Notes under the pieces: model-generated
What the model saw: only the letters and a program-made list of their open reading frames with translations
Databases searched by the model: none
Told to the model about the DNA's origin: nothing
NCBI GenBank assembly: GCA_913043225.1
Contig: CAJWLU010000019.1
Coordinates: forward strand, 1 to 64,000
Direction of reading: 5' to 3'
DNA length: 64,000 nt
From: an uncultured Acidobacteriota bacterium
GTDB taxonomy: Bacteria; Acidobacteriota; Vicinamibacteria; Vicinamibacterales; UBA8438
Shown: in pieces, positions 18,366 to 27,681 of the stretch
Numbering within the stretch: the first letter of the stretch is position 1
How the letters are laid out: each line of letters opens with the position of its first letter
Program-made: the position numbers and the translations under genes

Positions 18366-18689
18366 TCAGTCGAAGCGCCGACTAAGCGTCTGGAGCCACT
18401 GGTCTTGCGGGTATCGTTCGAGCGCATCGGCGACGACGCTGCGGGCGGCGGCCAACTCGCCTCTGCGGTAATAGGCCTCGCCCCGCTTGAGATAGCCCAG
18501 CATGGCGTCGCCACGTAGAGCAATTGCGCCACTGAAGGCCTCGATAGCTAGAAAGCTTTCACCCTTTGACAGCGAGTCCTTTCCAACAGCGATCAAACGA
18601 CGATACTCCGCGTCTCGCAACACACCGGTGTACAGCAACACACCGGCCATGGTCGTACCGAGCAACAGCAGGATGCCTAGGCGCTTCAT
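18366..18689 (-). CDS. Short membrane-anchored TPR protein, possibly internally deleted
   Basis: N-terminal TM; about two TPRs (AIEAFSGAIAL...YLKRGEAYYRRGELAAA). Confidence 0.65.
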   Translation of the reverse strand: MKRLGILLLLGTTMAGVLLYTGVLRDAEYRRLIAVGKDSLSKGESFLAIEAFSGAIALRGDAMLGYLKRGEAYYRRGELAAARSVVADALERYPQDQWLQTLSRRFD

Positions 18690-18699
18690 GGGATCGTGG

Positions 18700-20925
18700 T
18701 TAACGCCCCGAGGTCGTGCTGGTGTTTCGCAGGGCGTCCGTGGCGCGGATTATCACCGGACCCCCGTCGTCCTCGAGGCTAACGGAGAACTCTTCAACGA
18801 GACCGTCCGGGATCCCGTCGATCGGATACACACGACGCCACTCGTCATGTCCCTGTGAAACCTCCACGTCGTGGATCGGGGAATGCCCATCTTCGACTGT
18901 GAAGGTGAGCCGGAACTCATTGTTATCCTCGATCAGCTCGGAAACCGTGATCTTGGGAGCGGTATTGTCGATATCGAAGACCGGACTCTCGCGGGTGCCT
19001 AGCAGGGCAGCCTCGGGCGCATTGCCTGGAGCATCTGAGACCGCAACGCGAAGCTGATAGGCGCCATCCTGAACCGACGACGTATCCCAAGCGAAGACCT
19101 TCTGTTGGAGACCGGATGCCAGGGGCGCCCAATTGGTCTCTCCTTCTGCCCGGTAGGAGACCTGGTACTCGAGGTCGTCCGCGTTGCCGTCAGTGGCCTC
19201 CCAGACGAACGTCCGAATGCCACGCCGATAGCCCTGCCGGCCGAGGGTCGCGGTAGTGTCTGGCACCTCACCCGCCGCCCGGTCTACCGCGAGCCCGGCC
19301 AGTGGGGGATCGCCGCTCGCAAATGGTTGCTGGAAGACCGTGCCTGGCGGGTGGACCGTCACCGAAGTGACCTCTGGGCGCAAGTTCCGTGGCAGGTACG
19401 CCACGCTGACCGAGGTCAGCGACGGACCTGCATCACCAGACACGAGTGCCGCGCGCCACTGCAGATATCGGCCGTTTGGACTCGTGATTTGGCTTCCGCG
19501 CGACTGGGAATACGGCGACGACCAATCGCTCCATTCGTCACTGGGCACCGCGGTGTTCCCCGACCGCGTCGACACTTCAACACGACTACCACCAGGCGCG
19601 ACGGCCTGCCAGCGGATGGTGCCCCAGCGAGAGACGACCGCGGCATCCCTGACTTCGGAACGATACACGCCGCGCGGTGCCAGGGCGTCATCAAGACTTA
19701 AAACCTTACCTGGATTGGCCGTGGCATACCTGAGTCCGCCGGTTGCACCCACAAGCCACGCAGTGACCTGCTGCGCCGGTGCCTGCCCCAGCAAGACGAC
19801 CCGGGGCGGGTTACCGAGTACCTCGTAGATCTTCCCGTTCGGCCCGGTGCCGATGATGAGCCGGCCCTCGGCGGTGCGCACCGCGTCATAAGGGACGTCG
19901 GCATTCGAGCGCCAGACACGCTCCCATAAACCGTCCGTCTCTATTCGGTAGACCGCTCCGCTCCGAGGCCCGCCGTCACTGGTTCCGGATGACGAACCCG
20001 TCGCACTCTCGCCTGAGGTGGAGGCAGAAACCGACGTAGAGACGCTGGTGGTGACCGACCCGGTCGCGGTCACTGTCGTGCTGCTGGTCGACCCTCCGCC
20101 GGAGGATGAGGCAAGCGTCGCCCCACCGCCACTCAGAGCGACGGCTAGCACAGACCCATCCGGTGCGACTCGTACCGAGCGCACCTCGTCGTAGGACGTG
20201 TCGAGAAGCACGAAGGCGTCGCCGTCCGGACCCACACGTATCACCTGACCTGGGGACTCGGTCCCGACAAGCACTTGTCCATCCGGATCGATCGTGAGCG
20301 CGAGCACATGAGTAGCATCGCTCTCGAACAGCACTTCGGCCTCACCGACGGCCGGGATTCTGTAGACCCGGGCCGGCTCACCGGTTGCGGCGTACAGGGT
20401 TCCGGCAGGATCAACCGCGAGTGCCCAGATGTAGGTCGCGCCCGGGTCAAAGACCGAGGTGATCGCGCCATCCGCCGAAACGCGCTCGATCCTTCCATCT
20501 GGCGACGTCGCCACATAGGCGTCTCCGTCCGGGGCGGAAGCCAGGCCGTAGATATCTAAGCCTTCGGCGTCGTAGACCTCTCGCCCGACGTCGCCATCAA
20601 CTAGGTACAACCTGGCGTCACTTCCGGTTCCCACCCAGAGGGCATCGTCGCCGGCCGGGGCCAAGGACCAGGCAACGGGCGCCGTGGTGTCAAAGAGTTC
20701 GTCAGTCTGGCGGCCGAGCGTGAGCCTGCCGCTGGCATCGACCGCCAGGGTCTCGACCTCGCCGCGCAACAGCTCGTCCTGAGTGGACACCCGCCAGAAC
20801 ACCGGTGTCGCAGCGTGGAGCAGTGCTCCGGTCAGACCCACGCCAATCGCGAGAGCCAGCCAGGAGAATGCGGCCGCGGGGCGAGACCCCGACGCGCGCC
20901 GGAGACGTTGCGTCGAATGAGACAT
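18700..20925 (-). CDS. Large exported beta-propeller protein with C-terminal Ig/FN3-like domains
   Basis: Signal peptide; repeated blades (WALAVD..G.LYAATG); S/T/G-rich linker; RYLQWRA; DGAYQLRV..SD; IDNTAP. Confidence 0.8.
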   Translation of the reverse strand: MSHSTQRLRRASGSRPAAAFSWLALAIGVGLTGALLHAATPVFWRVSTQDELLRGEVETLAVDASGRLTLGRQTDELFDTTAPVAWSLAPAGDDALWVGTGSDARLYLVDGDVGREVYDAEGLDIYGLASAPDGDAYVATSPDGRIERVSADGAITSVFDPGATYIWALAVDPAGTLYAATGEPARVYRIPAVGEAEVLFESDATHVLALTIDPDGQVLVGTESPGQVIRVGPDGDAFVLLDTSYDEVRSVRVAPDGSVLAVALSGGGATLASSSGGGSTSSTTVTATGSVTTSVSTSVSASTSGESATGSSSGTSDGGPRSGAVYRIETDGLWERVWRSNADVPYDAVRTAEGRLIIGTGPNGKIYEVLGNPPRVVLLGQAPAQQVTAWLVGATGGLRYATANPGKVLSLDDALAPRGVYRSEVRDAAVVSRWGTIRWQAVAPGGSRVEVSTRSGNTAVPSDEWSDWSSPYSQSRGSQITSPNGRYLQWRAALVSGDAGPSLTSVSVAYLPRNLRPEVTSVTVHPPGTVFQQPFASGDPPLAGLAVDRAAGEVPDTTATLGRQGYRRGIRTFVWEATDGNADDLEYQVSYRAEGETNWAPLASGLQQKVFAWDTSSVQDGAYQLRVAVSDAPGNAPEAALLGTRESPVFDIDNTAPKITVSELIEDNNEFRLTFTVEDGHSPIHDVEVSQGHDEWRRVYPIDGIPDGLVEEFSVSLEDDGGPVIIRATDALRNTSTTSGR

Positions 20926-20974
20926 GCTACTGGGTCTGGCGTGGCATCGGCCCGTTCGACCGACCCGGAGTCGC

Positions 20975-22813
20975 TTAGTTGCCGCGCAGATCTAGGACCA
21001 GCGTCCGCGATCCAGTCACAAGGTGCTGAAGCGGCAGGCTCCACTCCTCGATTACCGCATCCCGGATTCTCGAGACCGCCCCGCCGCGCTGGTCGCCAGC
21101 CAGCACACCAAGAACCGATGACGGTAGTCCCGCCAGCCGACGTCCGTTCACCACCGCGCCGTCGGCCGTCCTGACGAGTTGGAGGTATAGATGATCGTTT
21201 CGCCTGGCTTCGTTGAGAGCGGTGATGAGTCGGGCCAGGTCGGTAGCTCGCAACGCATCGCCAGAGCGCTGCCGCTCTCGCCCCCCCAGCGTGGCGCCGT
21301 CTGCTACGCGCAGTTCCAGTCGCTCCGCGCGACCCGCCGGCAGATCGACCCAGACGGTGCGCGTAATTTGCTCGCCCCGATGGGTGCGAAGCGCCACGTG
21401 TACCTGCACTCGTTCTCCCTGTCGGGGACGAGGGTTCTCGAGCCACACGCGCTCCAAGGACGCGCGTCTCACGTCGTCGTATGCGGTCACACTTAGATCG
21501 ATCTGTTTCACCGCGACTCGCTCGAAGCCGTTGTTCACCAAGGCAGTAACCGGCCCCGATACATAGAGCGCGGCCAGCACTGTGGCGGAATCTCCGGCAA
21601 AGGTCTCGCCAAACCGAGCCGCGGGATACCCCTCGAGCGTCACGGTTCCGTCGATCATGTAGGTAGCTGGTCCGACTTCGCGGCTGTGAGAGAACAGCGT
21701 GTTGAGCATCGCGTTGTAGGACAGGAGCGGCGTAAAGAGCTCGCTCTGGATCACCTCGAAGAAGAACTGTTCAGTACGTTCGCGACCGGGCGCGCGGAGC
21801 TCAACCTCGATCGGCACCATGGATGGTCCATCGCCCAGTCGGCCGCTTATGCCGGTGGCGCGGTCCTGGTCGATGGTACCCAGTGTTTCGCCGACGGCGG
21901 CCAGACGCGACGAGATGGCCGCGCTCGGCAGCACCGTGTAGACCGACGCCTGGGTCATGGGAAACTGCGAGGCGCCTATGTTGTAGAACGGGTGACCGAA
22001 GGCGTAGACCCGTCCCTCGTCCACAAGGGTAACTGTGCCGGTACCGGCCATCGTCAGGTCTCCGCGCATGAGGCTGACCCCCACCGCAGATCCCGGCTCG
22101 AGCGGCGCTCCCGGCTCAGTCTGGACCGCCAGGGTCCCCCCGGCGGTCGCCACGAGCCCCGCCTGCCGAAAGAGAGGGGCCAGCTGTTCGATAGCCTCGG
22201 GCAGAAATCCGCTCATTACCAACGGTGTCGCGATCGGACGAAGCGCCAGAGACTGACCGGCTGCCGGCAGCCCCAGCGCCGCGAGGTCCTGGGAGCGCGC
22301 CCGGAAGGGCACCGGCGGCGTCAATCGTCGAGGTAGCAACTGGGCCAGGGTGTCCGTTACCAGAGGGAGAGGGAGCGGACCCGCTGCCGCCGGAATCGCC
22401 GGGGACGGCGTGACCCCACTCGTGTCGTCTCGCAGCATCTCGGCAATCGGCGTAATGCCAGCAATGGTGTCCTTCGGGAAGGAGCCCATCGCGTAGGACA
22501 CGGCGCCAATCAGGCGCCCGTCGACATACACCGGGCTGCCGCTCATGCCCTGAAAGACCCCGCTCTCGGCCAGTGGACCTCCCGATAGTCGGGCCAGGAT
22601 CAGATTTCGACGTGGCCCCATGTAATTCTCGAGCACGCCAATTATGTCGACGCTGAAGTCGCTGATCTCGATACCCTGAAACACAGTTCGCCCGGTGCCT
22701 TGCATGCCAGGTTGAATCTCATCGACTGGCATCGTGACGGTGGCGGCTGGCACAACGGCCATGAGCCCGCCCGTGAGCATCAGCGCGAGCAGGAGCGGAG
22801 CGCGAAGTCTCAT
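20975..22813 (-). CDS. SpoIVB-like peptidase S55 domain protein
   Basis: Signal peptide; GMSGSPVY..GRLIGAV; GTVT....VYAFGHPF. Confidence 0.88.
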   Translation of the reverse strand: MRLRAPLLLALMLTGGLMAVVPAATVTMPVDEIQPGMQGTGRTVFQGIEISDFSVDIIGVLENYMGPRRNLILARLSGGPLAESGVFQGMSGSPVYVDGRLIGAVSYAMGSFPKDTIAGITPIAEMLRDDTSGVTPSPAIPAAAGPLPLPLVTDTLAQLLPRRLTPPVPFRARSQDLAALGLPAAGQSLALRPIATPLVMSGFLPEAIEQLAPLFRQAGLVATAGGTLAVQTEPGAPLEPGSAVGVSLMRGDLTMAGTGTVTLVDEGRVYAFGHPFYNIGASQFPMTQASVYTVLPSAAISSRLAAVGETLGTIDQDRATGISGRLGDGPSMVPIEVELRAPGRERTEQFFFEVIQSELFTPLLSYNAMLNTLFSHSREVGPATYMIDGTVTLEGYPAARFGETFAGDSATVLAALYVSGPVTALVNNGFERVAVKQIDLSVTAYDDVRRASLERVWLENPRPRQGERVQVHVALRTHRGEQITRTVWVDLPAGRAERLELRVADGATLGGRERQRSGDALRATDLARLITALNEARRNDHLYLQLVRTADGAVVNGRRLAGLPSSVLGVLAGDQRGGAVSRIRDAVIEEWSLPLQHLVTGSRTLVLDLRGN

Positions 22814-22919
22814 GAGGAAGGGGTGATTGCGAGGAGTCCGAAATACTCTCGACTTATAGCGGAGGGATGCCGCATGGGTCAAGCGGCGCGGCGCGCGCCG
22901 CCGGCGCTGCGGACGTCGA

Positions 22920-22949
22920 TTGACACCTGCAGCCGGGCTCTGCTAGCGT
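22920..22949 (+). promoter_or_regulatory. Sigma70 promoter of the aromatic operon
   Basis: TTGACA (22920-22925), 18 nt spacer, TG-extended TAGCGT (22944-22949). Confidence 0.7.
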
Positions 22950-22983
22950 AAGACCTACAGCAGCATCAAGGATGCAGCACCAG

Positions 22984-23079
22984 ATGATGTCGACTCCCGC
23001 CACCCGCACGAAATCCAACGACCGGAACTGGTTGTGGCGCTGGTATTGCGGCTTTAGGGCCCCGGAGAGGCAGCTCTGA
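22984..23079 (+). CDS. Attenuator leader peptide (Trp-rich, TrpL-like)
   Basis: MMSTPATRTKSNDRNWLWRWYCGFRAPERQL*; alternative in-frame ATGs at 22972 and 22987; lies between promoter and terminator. Confidence 0.85.
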   Translation: MMSTPATRTKSNDRNWLWRWYCGFRAPERQL

Positions 23080-23112
23080 CCATCTGAGCATCCCCGCGAA
23101 CGACGAGTTGTC

Positions 23113-23147
23113 AGCCTCTTCAGCCCCTGGTTGGAGAGGCTTTTTTT
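23113..23147 (+). terminator. Attenuator intrinsic terminator
   Basis: AGCCTCTTCAGCC-cct-GGTTGGAGAGGC followed by T7, about 20 nt before the aroD-aroE start. Confidence 0.9.
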
Positions 23148-23166
23148 GTGCGGTTGACCAGCTCCG

Positions 23167-24618
23167 ATGACTGACCCTGCCCTGTGCGCCACGGTTACGG
23201 CTGCCACGATGGCGGAGTTGCGCGCCAGACGCGACGCCGTGGAGGGCGCCGACCTCGTGGAACTCCGGCTCGACGGTATCCGGAGGCCAGATGTGGCCGG
23301 AGCGCTCAAAGACCGACAGTTACCCGTCATCGTGACCTGTCGCGCCGATTGGGAGGGGGGCCAATTCAAAGGCAGCGAAGAGGAACGCCGGCGACTCCTG
23401 GAGCGGGCCCTTGATCAGGGCGCGGACTGGGTTGACCTCGAATGGCAGGGCGGGTTCGGAGACCTGATCGCCAGGCGCAATGGACGGAACGTGGTGCTGT
23501 CCTTCCACGATTTCGACGGCACGCCTCCGGATCTCGAGGCCCGCTACGACGCGATGCGAACGACCGGAGCGGAGGTGGTTAAGCTCGCGGTCACTACCCA
23601 TACCGGAGACGACCTGCGTCGGCTCCGCCGCCTCGGGTCGCGAGAAGGCCTGAGTGTCCTGGTCGGCATGGGTCAGACGGGAGTTCCAAGCCGGGTGCTA
23701 CCGGGCCGTTTCGGCTCAGCCTGGACCTACGCCGGCGAGGGAGTCGCGCCGGGACAAATGAGCGTCCGCCGGCTGCTAGAGCATTTCCGCTTCCGGCGGA
23801 TCAGCGACCGCACTGCGATCTACGGTGTCGCAGGATCGCCAATCAGGCATTCGTTGTCACCGGCGATGCACAACGCCGGGTTGGCCGATCAGGGTCTCGA
23901 CGCCGTGTACCTGCCATTCCAGGCGGCTAATGCCAAGGACCTACTCCGACTGGCTGAGGACCTTTCGATACGCGGGTTGAGCGTGACTGCGCCGTTCAAG
24001 GAAGAGATCCTGGCCCTCTCCGATGAGATCGATCCGCTGGCAACCCAAGTAGGCGCCGTTAACACCTTGCGGCGGACAGGCGACCACTGGGAGGGGAGAA
24101 ATACAGACGTTGCGGGGTTTCTCGCACCGCTCGCCCGGCTCGGGGCGCTGGAAGGGACCCGAGCCACGGTGCTGGGTGCAGGGGGCGCAGCTCGAGGGGT
24201 TGCCGTCGCCCTCGTCAGCCGTGGAGCACGGGTGTCAATCTGTGCCCGTCGTGCGGACCGTGCTCGCGAGGTGGCCACAGTGGTCGGCGGTGAAGCCTCG
24301 GGGTTTCCGCCCGAACCTGGAAGCTGGGACCTGCTGGTAAACACCACCCCAATCGGGACCGCGCCCAAAGTCGACGAGAGCCCAGTCCCGGCCAGCTGTC
24401 TCGTAGGCGGCGGACTCGTCTATGACCTCATCTACAACCCGGATCCCACCCAGTTGATGCGAGATGCAGCCGCGACCGGGTGTGAGACGATCGGGGGCTT
24501 GGACATGCTCGTGGCCCAGGCGCTCGATCAGTTCGCGTGGTGGTTCGGCGTGCGCCCGCCGGCAGATCTGTTCCATGCTGCAGCGAAACAGGAGCTTTTC
24601 GAGGAGATGTCAGCATGA
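23167..24618 (+). CDS. aroE: Bifunctional type I 3-dehydroquinate dehydratase / shikimate dehydrogenase (AroD-AroE)
   Basis: N-half: ELRLD, IVTCR..EGG, LSFHDF, VVKLA. C-half: HSLSPAMHN, SVTAPFK, GAVNT, NTDVAG, GAGGAA, DLIYNP. Confidence 0.93.
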   Translation: MTDPALCATVTAATMAELRARRDAVEGADLVELRLDGIRRPDVAGALKDRQLPVIVTCRADWEGGQFKGSEEERRRLLERALDQGADWVDLEWQGGFGDLIARRNGRNVVLSFHDFDGTPPDLEARYDAMRTTGAEVVKLAVTTHTGDDLRRLRRLGSREGLSVLVGMGQTGVPSRVLPGRFGSAWTYAGEGVAPGQMSVRRLLEHFRFRRISDRTAIYGVAGSPIRHSLSPAMHNAGLADQGLDAVYLPFQAANAKDLLRLAEDLSIRGLSVTAPFKEEILALSDEIDPLATQVGAVNTLRRTGDHWEGRNTDVAGFLAPLARLGALEGTRATVLGAGGAARGVAVALVSRGARVSICARRADRAREVATVVGGEASGFPPEPGSWDLLVNTTPIGTAPKVDESPVPASCLVGGGLVYDLIYNPDPTQLMRDAAATGCETIGGLDMLVAQALDQFAWWFGVRPPADLFHAAAKQELFEEMSA

Positions 24619-26087
24619 GCGTCACATCCTTCGAACGTTTTAGTGAGCTTGCCACGCAGGGGACGTTCGTCCCAGTGTGCAAGGAACTGCGGGCCGACTT
24701 GCTAACTCCGCTGTCCGCATTTCTCAAGATCGCGGAACACTCCGAACACGCCTTTCTTTTTGAGAGCGTCGAAGGAGGAGAGCAGGTCGCCCGTTACTCC
24801 TTCCTCGGGAAAGACCCCTTCCTGGTCCTACGCGCCGCGGACGGAAAGACGACAGCCGAGGAGGGAGGCGCCGTGACCCGCAGCGACGTCCCGTTCATGG
24901 ACCTGCTCCGGACGGTCATGAGCGACTACCAGGCCCCACAAGTAACTGATTTGCCTCGGTTTACTGGAGGAGCCGTCGGTTTTCTAGGCTACGACTCCGC
25001 CAGCTGGTTCGAGCCCGCACTCGACTCGGCGTGGAAGACACATTCGCTGCCGCCCGGACAGGACGAAGACGCCGGATTCATGCTGTTTGACTCGATTCTG
25101 GCGTTCGATCACGTCAAACACCGGATCCTGCTCATCGCCAATGCCCGAGTCAACCCCGGCGCCGACCTCGACGGCGCCTACCGTTTCGCTTGCGCCAAGA
25201 TTCACTTCCTTGAGCAAGAGCTCCAGCGGACTCTGTCGGAGCCGGCTCCGGCCGAGCCGATACCGATTGATATCACCTCCAACACGAGCCAGACGGCCTT
25301 CGAGGAGGCCGTGCGGGTCGCCAAGGAGCGAATCGCAGCCGGCGATATCTATCAGGTGGTCCTCTCGCAACGCTTCGAGACGGTCATCAAGGCCGAGCCA
25401 TTCAACGTCTACAGGGCGCTCAGGCACGTCAACCCCTCACCCTACATGTATTACATCCGGATGGGGCCGCTCGCGATCGTGGGGTCGTCGCCCGAGATGC
25501 TGGTCCGGGTGGAGGGACGTGAGGCCGTCACGCACCCTATTGCTGGCACAAGGCCGCGGGGGCAGGACGCAGCGGAAGATGACCGGCTGGCCGAAGAGCT
25601 CAAACTCGATCAGAAGGAGCGAGCCGAGCACGTAATGCTCGTCGATCTCGGACGGAACGACCTCGGTCGGGTATCGGAGTACGGCACGGTACGGGTGGCC
25701 CAGTTCATGGAACTTGAGCGCTACTCGCACGTCATGCACCTGGTTTCTCGTGTTGAAGGGCGCCTGCGCGAGGATGAGGACCGGCTCGACGCTCTCGCCG
25801 CCTGCTTCCCAGCAGGCACGGTCTCCGGTGCGCCGAAGATCAAGGCGATGGAGATCATCGCGTCGCTCGAGCCGACGAAGCGAGGCATCTACGCCGGCGC
25901 CATTGGCTATGTCGATTTTGCCGGCAACCTCGACTGTTGCATCACGATTCGCACGATCACGATCCGGGACGGCAAGGCCTACGTGCAGGCCGGCGCCGGC
26001 ATCGTGGCCGACTCTGACCCGACGGCGGAGTACAACGAGACGCGAGCCAAGGCAGCTGCCCTGATCCGCGCGCTCGAGATGGTGTAA
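24615..26087 (+). CDS. trpE: Anthranilate synthase component I
   Basis: LFESVEGGE..ARYSF, GDIYQVVLS, NPSPYMY, SSPE, KERAEHVMLVDLGRND, GTVSGAPK. Confidence 0.96.
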   Translation: MSVTSFERFSELATQGTFVPVCKELRADLLTPLSAFLKIAEHSEHAFLFESVEGGEQVARYSFLGKDPFLVLRAADGKTTAEEGGAVTRSDVPFMDLLRTVMSDYQAPQVTDLPRFTGGAVGFLGYDSASWFEPALDSAWKTHSLPPGQDEDAGFMLFDSILAFDHVKHRILLIANARVNPGADLDGAYRFACAKIHFLEQELQRTLSEPAPAEPIPIDITSNTSQTAFEEAVRVAKERIAAGDIYQVVLSQRFETVIKAEPFNVYRALRHVNPSPYMYYIRMGPLAIVGSSPEMLVRVEGREAVTHPIAGTRPRGQDAAEDDRLAEELKLDQKERAEHVMLVDLGRNDLGRVSEYGTVRVAQFMELERYSHVMHLVSRVEGRLREDEDRLDALAACFPAGTVSGAPKIKAMEIIASLEPTKRGIYAGAIGYVDFAGNLDCCITIRTITIRDGKAYVQAGAGIVADSDPTAEYNETRAKAAALIRALEMV

Positions 26088-26089
26088 CC

Positions 26090-26656
26090 ATGGTGCTGGT
26101 AATTGACAACTACGACTCCTTTACCTACAACCTGGTGCAATACCTGGGAGAGCTCGGCGCCGAGATTCAGGTTCGTCGGAACGACGAGGCCTCCCTCGAT
26201 ACGCTGGTCGCGATGCGGCCGGACCGGATCGTCGTCTCGCCCGGACCGGGACGCCCCGAACAAGCCGGCGTCACGACCGAGCTAATCAGACGCTGCGGTC
26301 CCGTGCTGCCGATGCTCGGCGTCTGTCTTGGCCATCAGGCCATCGGGCAGGCATTCGGCGCCACTATCACGCAGGCGCCCGTTCTCGTCCATGGCAAGCA
26401 GTCGATGGTGGAACATGACGGCCGTGGCATCTTCGCCGGTATCGAGGGGCCGTTCGCCGCGGCGCGCTACCACTCGTTGGCAATCGCGCCAGAGACCTGC
26501 CCCTCTGAACTCGAAGTAACCGCGCGTGCCGGCGACGACGGCACGATCATGGGCGTGCGTCACCGGAAATGGCCGCTTCACGGCGTCCAGTTTCATCCGG
26601 AATCGGTCCTGACCGGCATCGGCCGGAATATTCTCCGCAACTTCCTGGAATGCTGA
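26090..26656 (+). CDS. trpG: Anthranilate synthase component II
   Basis: IDNYDSFTYNL, SPGPG, GVCLGHQ, RYHSL, QFHPES. Confidence 0.96.
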   Translation: MVLVIDNYDSFTYNLVQYLGELGAEIQVRRNDEASLDTLVAMRPDRIVVSPGPGRPEQAGVTTELIRRCGPVLPMLGVCLGHQAIGQAFGATITQAPVLVHGKQSMVEHDGRGIFAGIEGPFAAARYHSLAIAPETCPSELEVTARAGDDGTIMGVRHRKWPLHGVQFHPESVLTGIGRNILRNFLEC

Positions 26657-27681
26657 TGTTCTCGACGCTAATCGACACGCTTCGCCGCCGGCAGGATCTC
26701 AGCGTCGAGGAATCGGCAGCGGCCATGGAGGAGATCATGGCCGGTCGAGCGACACAAGCCCAGGTCGCCGGCCTACTGGTCGCCCTCTCGATGAAGGGTG
26801 AGCGTCCGGCCGAGCTCGTAGGTTTAGCCAGGACGATGCGGGCTAACGCAGTGTCGCTGTCCCGTGAGCGCGACGGACTGTTCGATACCTGCGGGACTGG
26901 CGGTGATGGCGCATCCACTTTCAACGTCTCGACCTTGGCGGCGCTGGTCTTGGCCGGTTGCGGCGTGCCAGTTGCCAAGCACGGAAACCGAGCCGTCTCC
27001 AGTAGGTGCGGGAGCGCCGACCTCTTCACGGCTCTCGGGGTCCGGACCGATGCCTCCCCTGAGGTCGTTGAGGCATGTCTGGATTCCTGCAACATCGCGT
27101 TCTTCTTTGCACCCACATTTCATCCGTCAATGCGCCACGCCGGTCCTGCACGGCGCGAGCTGGGCGTCCGTACGGCCTTTAACCTGCTTGGACCACTGAC
27201 CAACCCGGCCGGAGTCCGACGCCAGCTAGTGGGAGTGGCCAGGTCAGAGCACACTGACCTCCTCGCCCGCGCACTCGGCGACCTGGGGTCTGAGCGGGCC
27301 TGGGTCGCCCACGGCGCCGACGGTCTGGATGAAATCACGACGACCGGGCACACGAAAATCTCCGAATGCCGCGACGGCCAGGTCCGCACGTTCTTCCTGC
27401 ACCCCTCGGACTTTGGTCTACCAGTTGCCGATCCAGCGGCGCTCAGGGCGACGTCTCCCGAAGACAACGAGGCGATCGCCAGAGCCGTCCTTAGAGGGGT
27501 GCCCTGCGCCCCACGAGACATGGTGCTCGCCAATGCAGCGGCCGGACTCTTAATCATGGAACGAGTGGCGACGCTGCCCCAAGGGATCGAGCTAGCGGCC
27601 AGCGCGATCGACGACGGCCGAGCATCGGACGCGCTCGAGAAATTGACCCGAGTGTCCTCGACGGAGGGGAAGGAAACGTGA
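26656..27681 (+). CDS. trpD: Anthranilate phosphoribosyltransferase
   Basis: DTCGTGGDG, FNVST, KHGNR, FNLLGPLTNP, DGLDE. Confidence 0.96.
   Translation: MFSTLIDTLRRRQDLSVEESAAAMEEIMAGRATQAQVAGLLVALSMKGERPAELVGLARTMRANAVSLSRERDGLFDTCGTGGDGASTFNVSTLAALVLAGCGVPVAKHGNRAVSSRCGSADLFTALGVRTDASPEVVEACLDSCNIAFFFAPTFHPSMRHAGPARRELGVRTAFNLLGPLTNPAGVRRQLVGVARSEHTDLLARALGDLGSERAWVAHGADGLDEITTTGHTKISECRDGQVRTFFLHPSDFGLPVADPAALRATSPEDNEAIARAVLRGVPCAPRDMVLANAAAGLLIMERVATLPQGIELAASAIDDGRASDALEKLTRVSSTEGKET

Noticed and set aside
19960..20130. Low-complexity repeat-like DNA
   Set aside because: Encodes the Ser/Thr/Gly linker of the propeller protein; not a CRISPR or tandem array.
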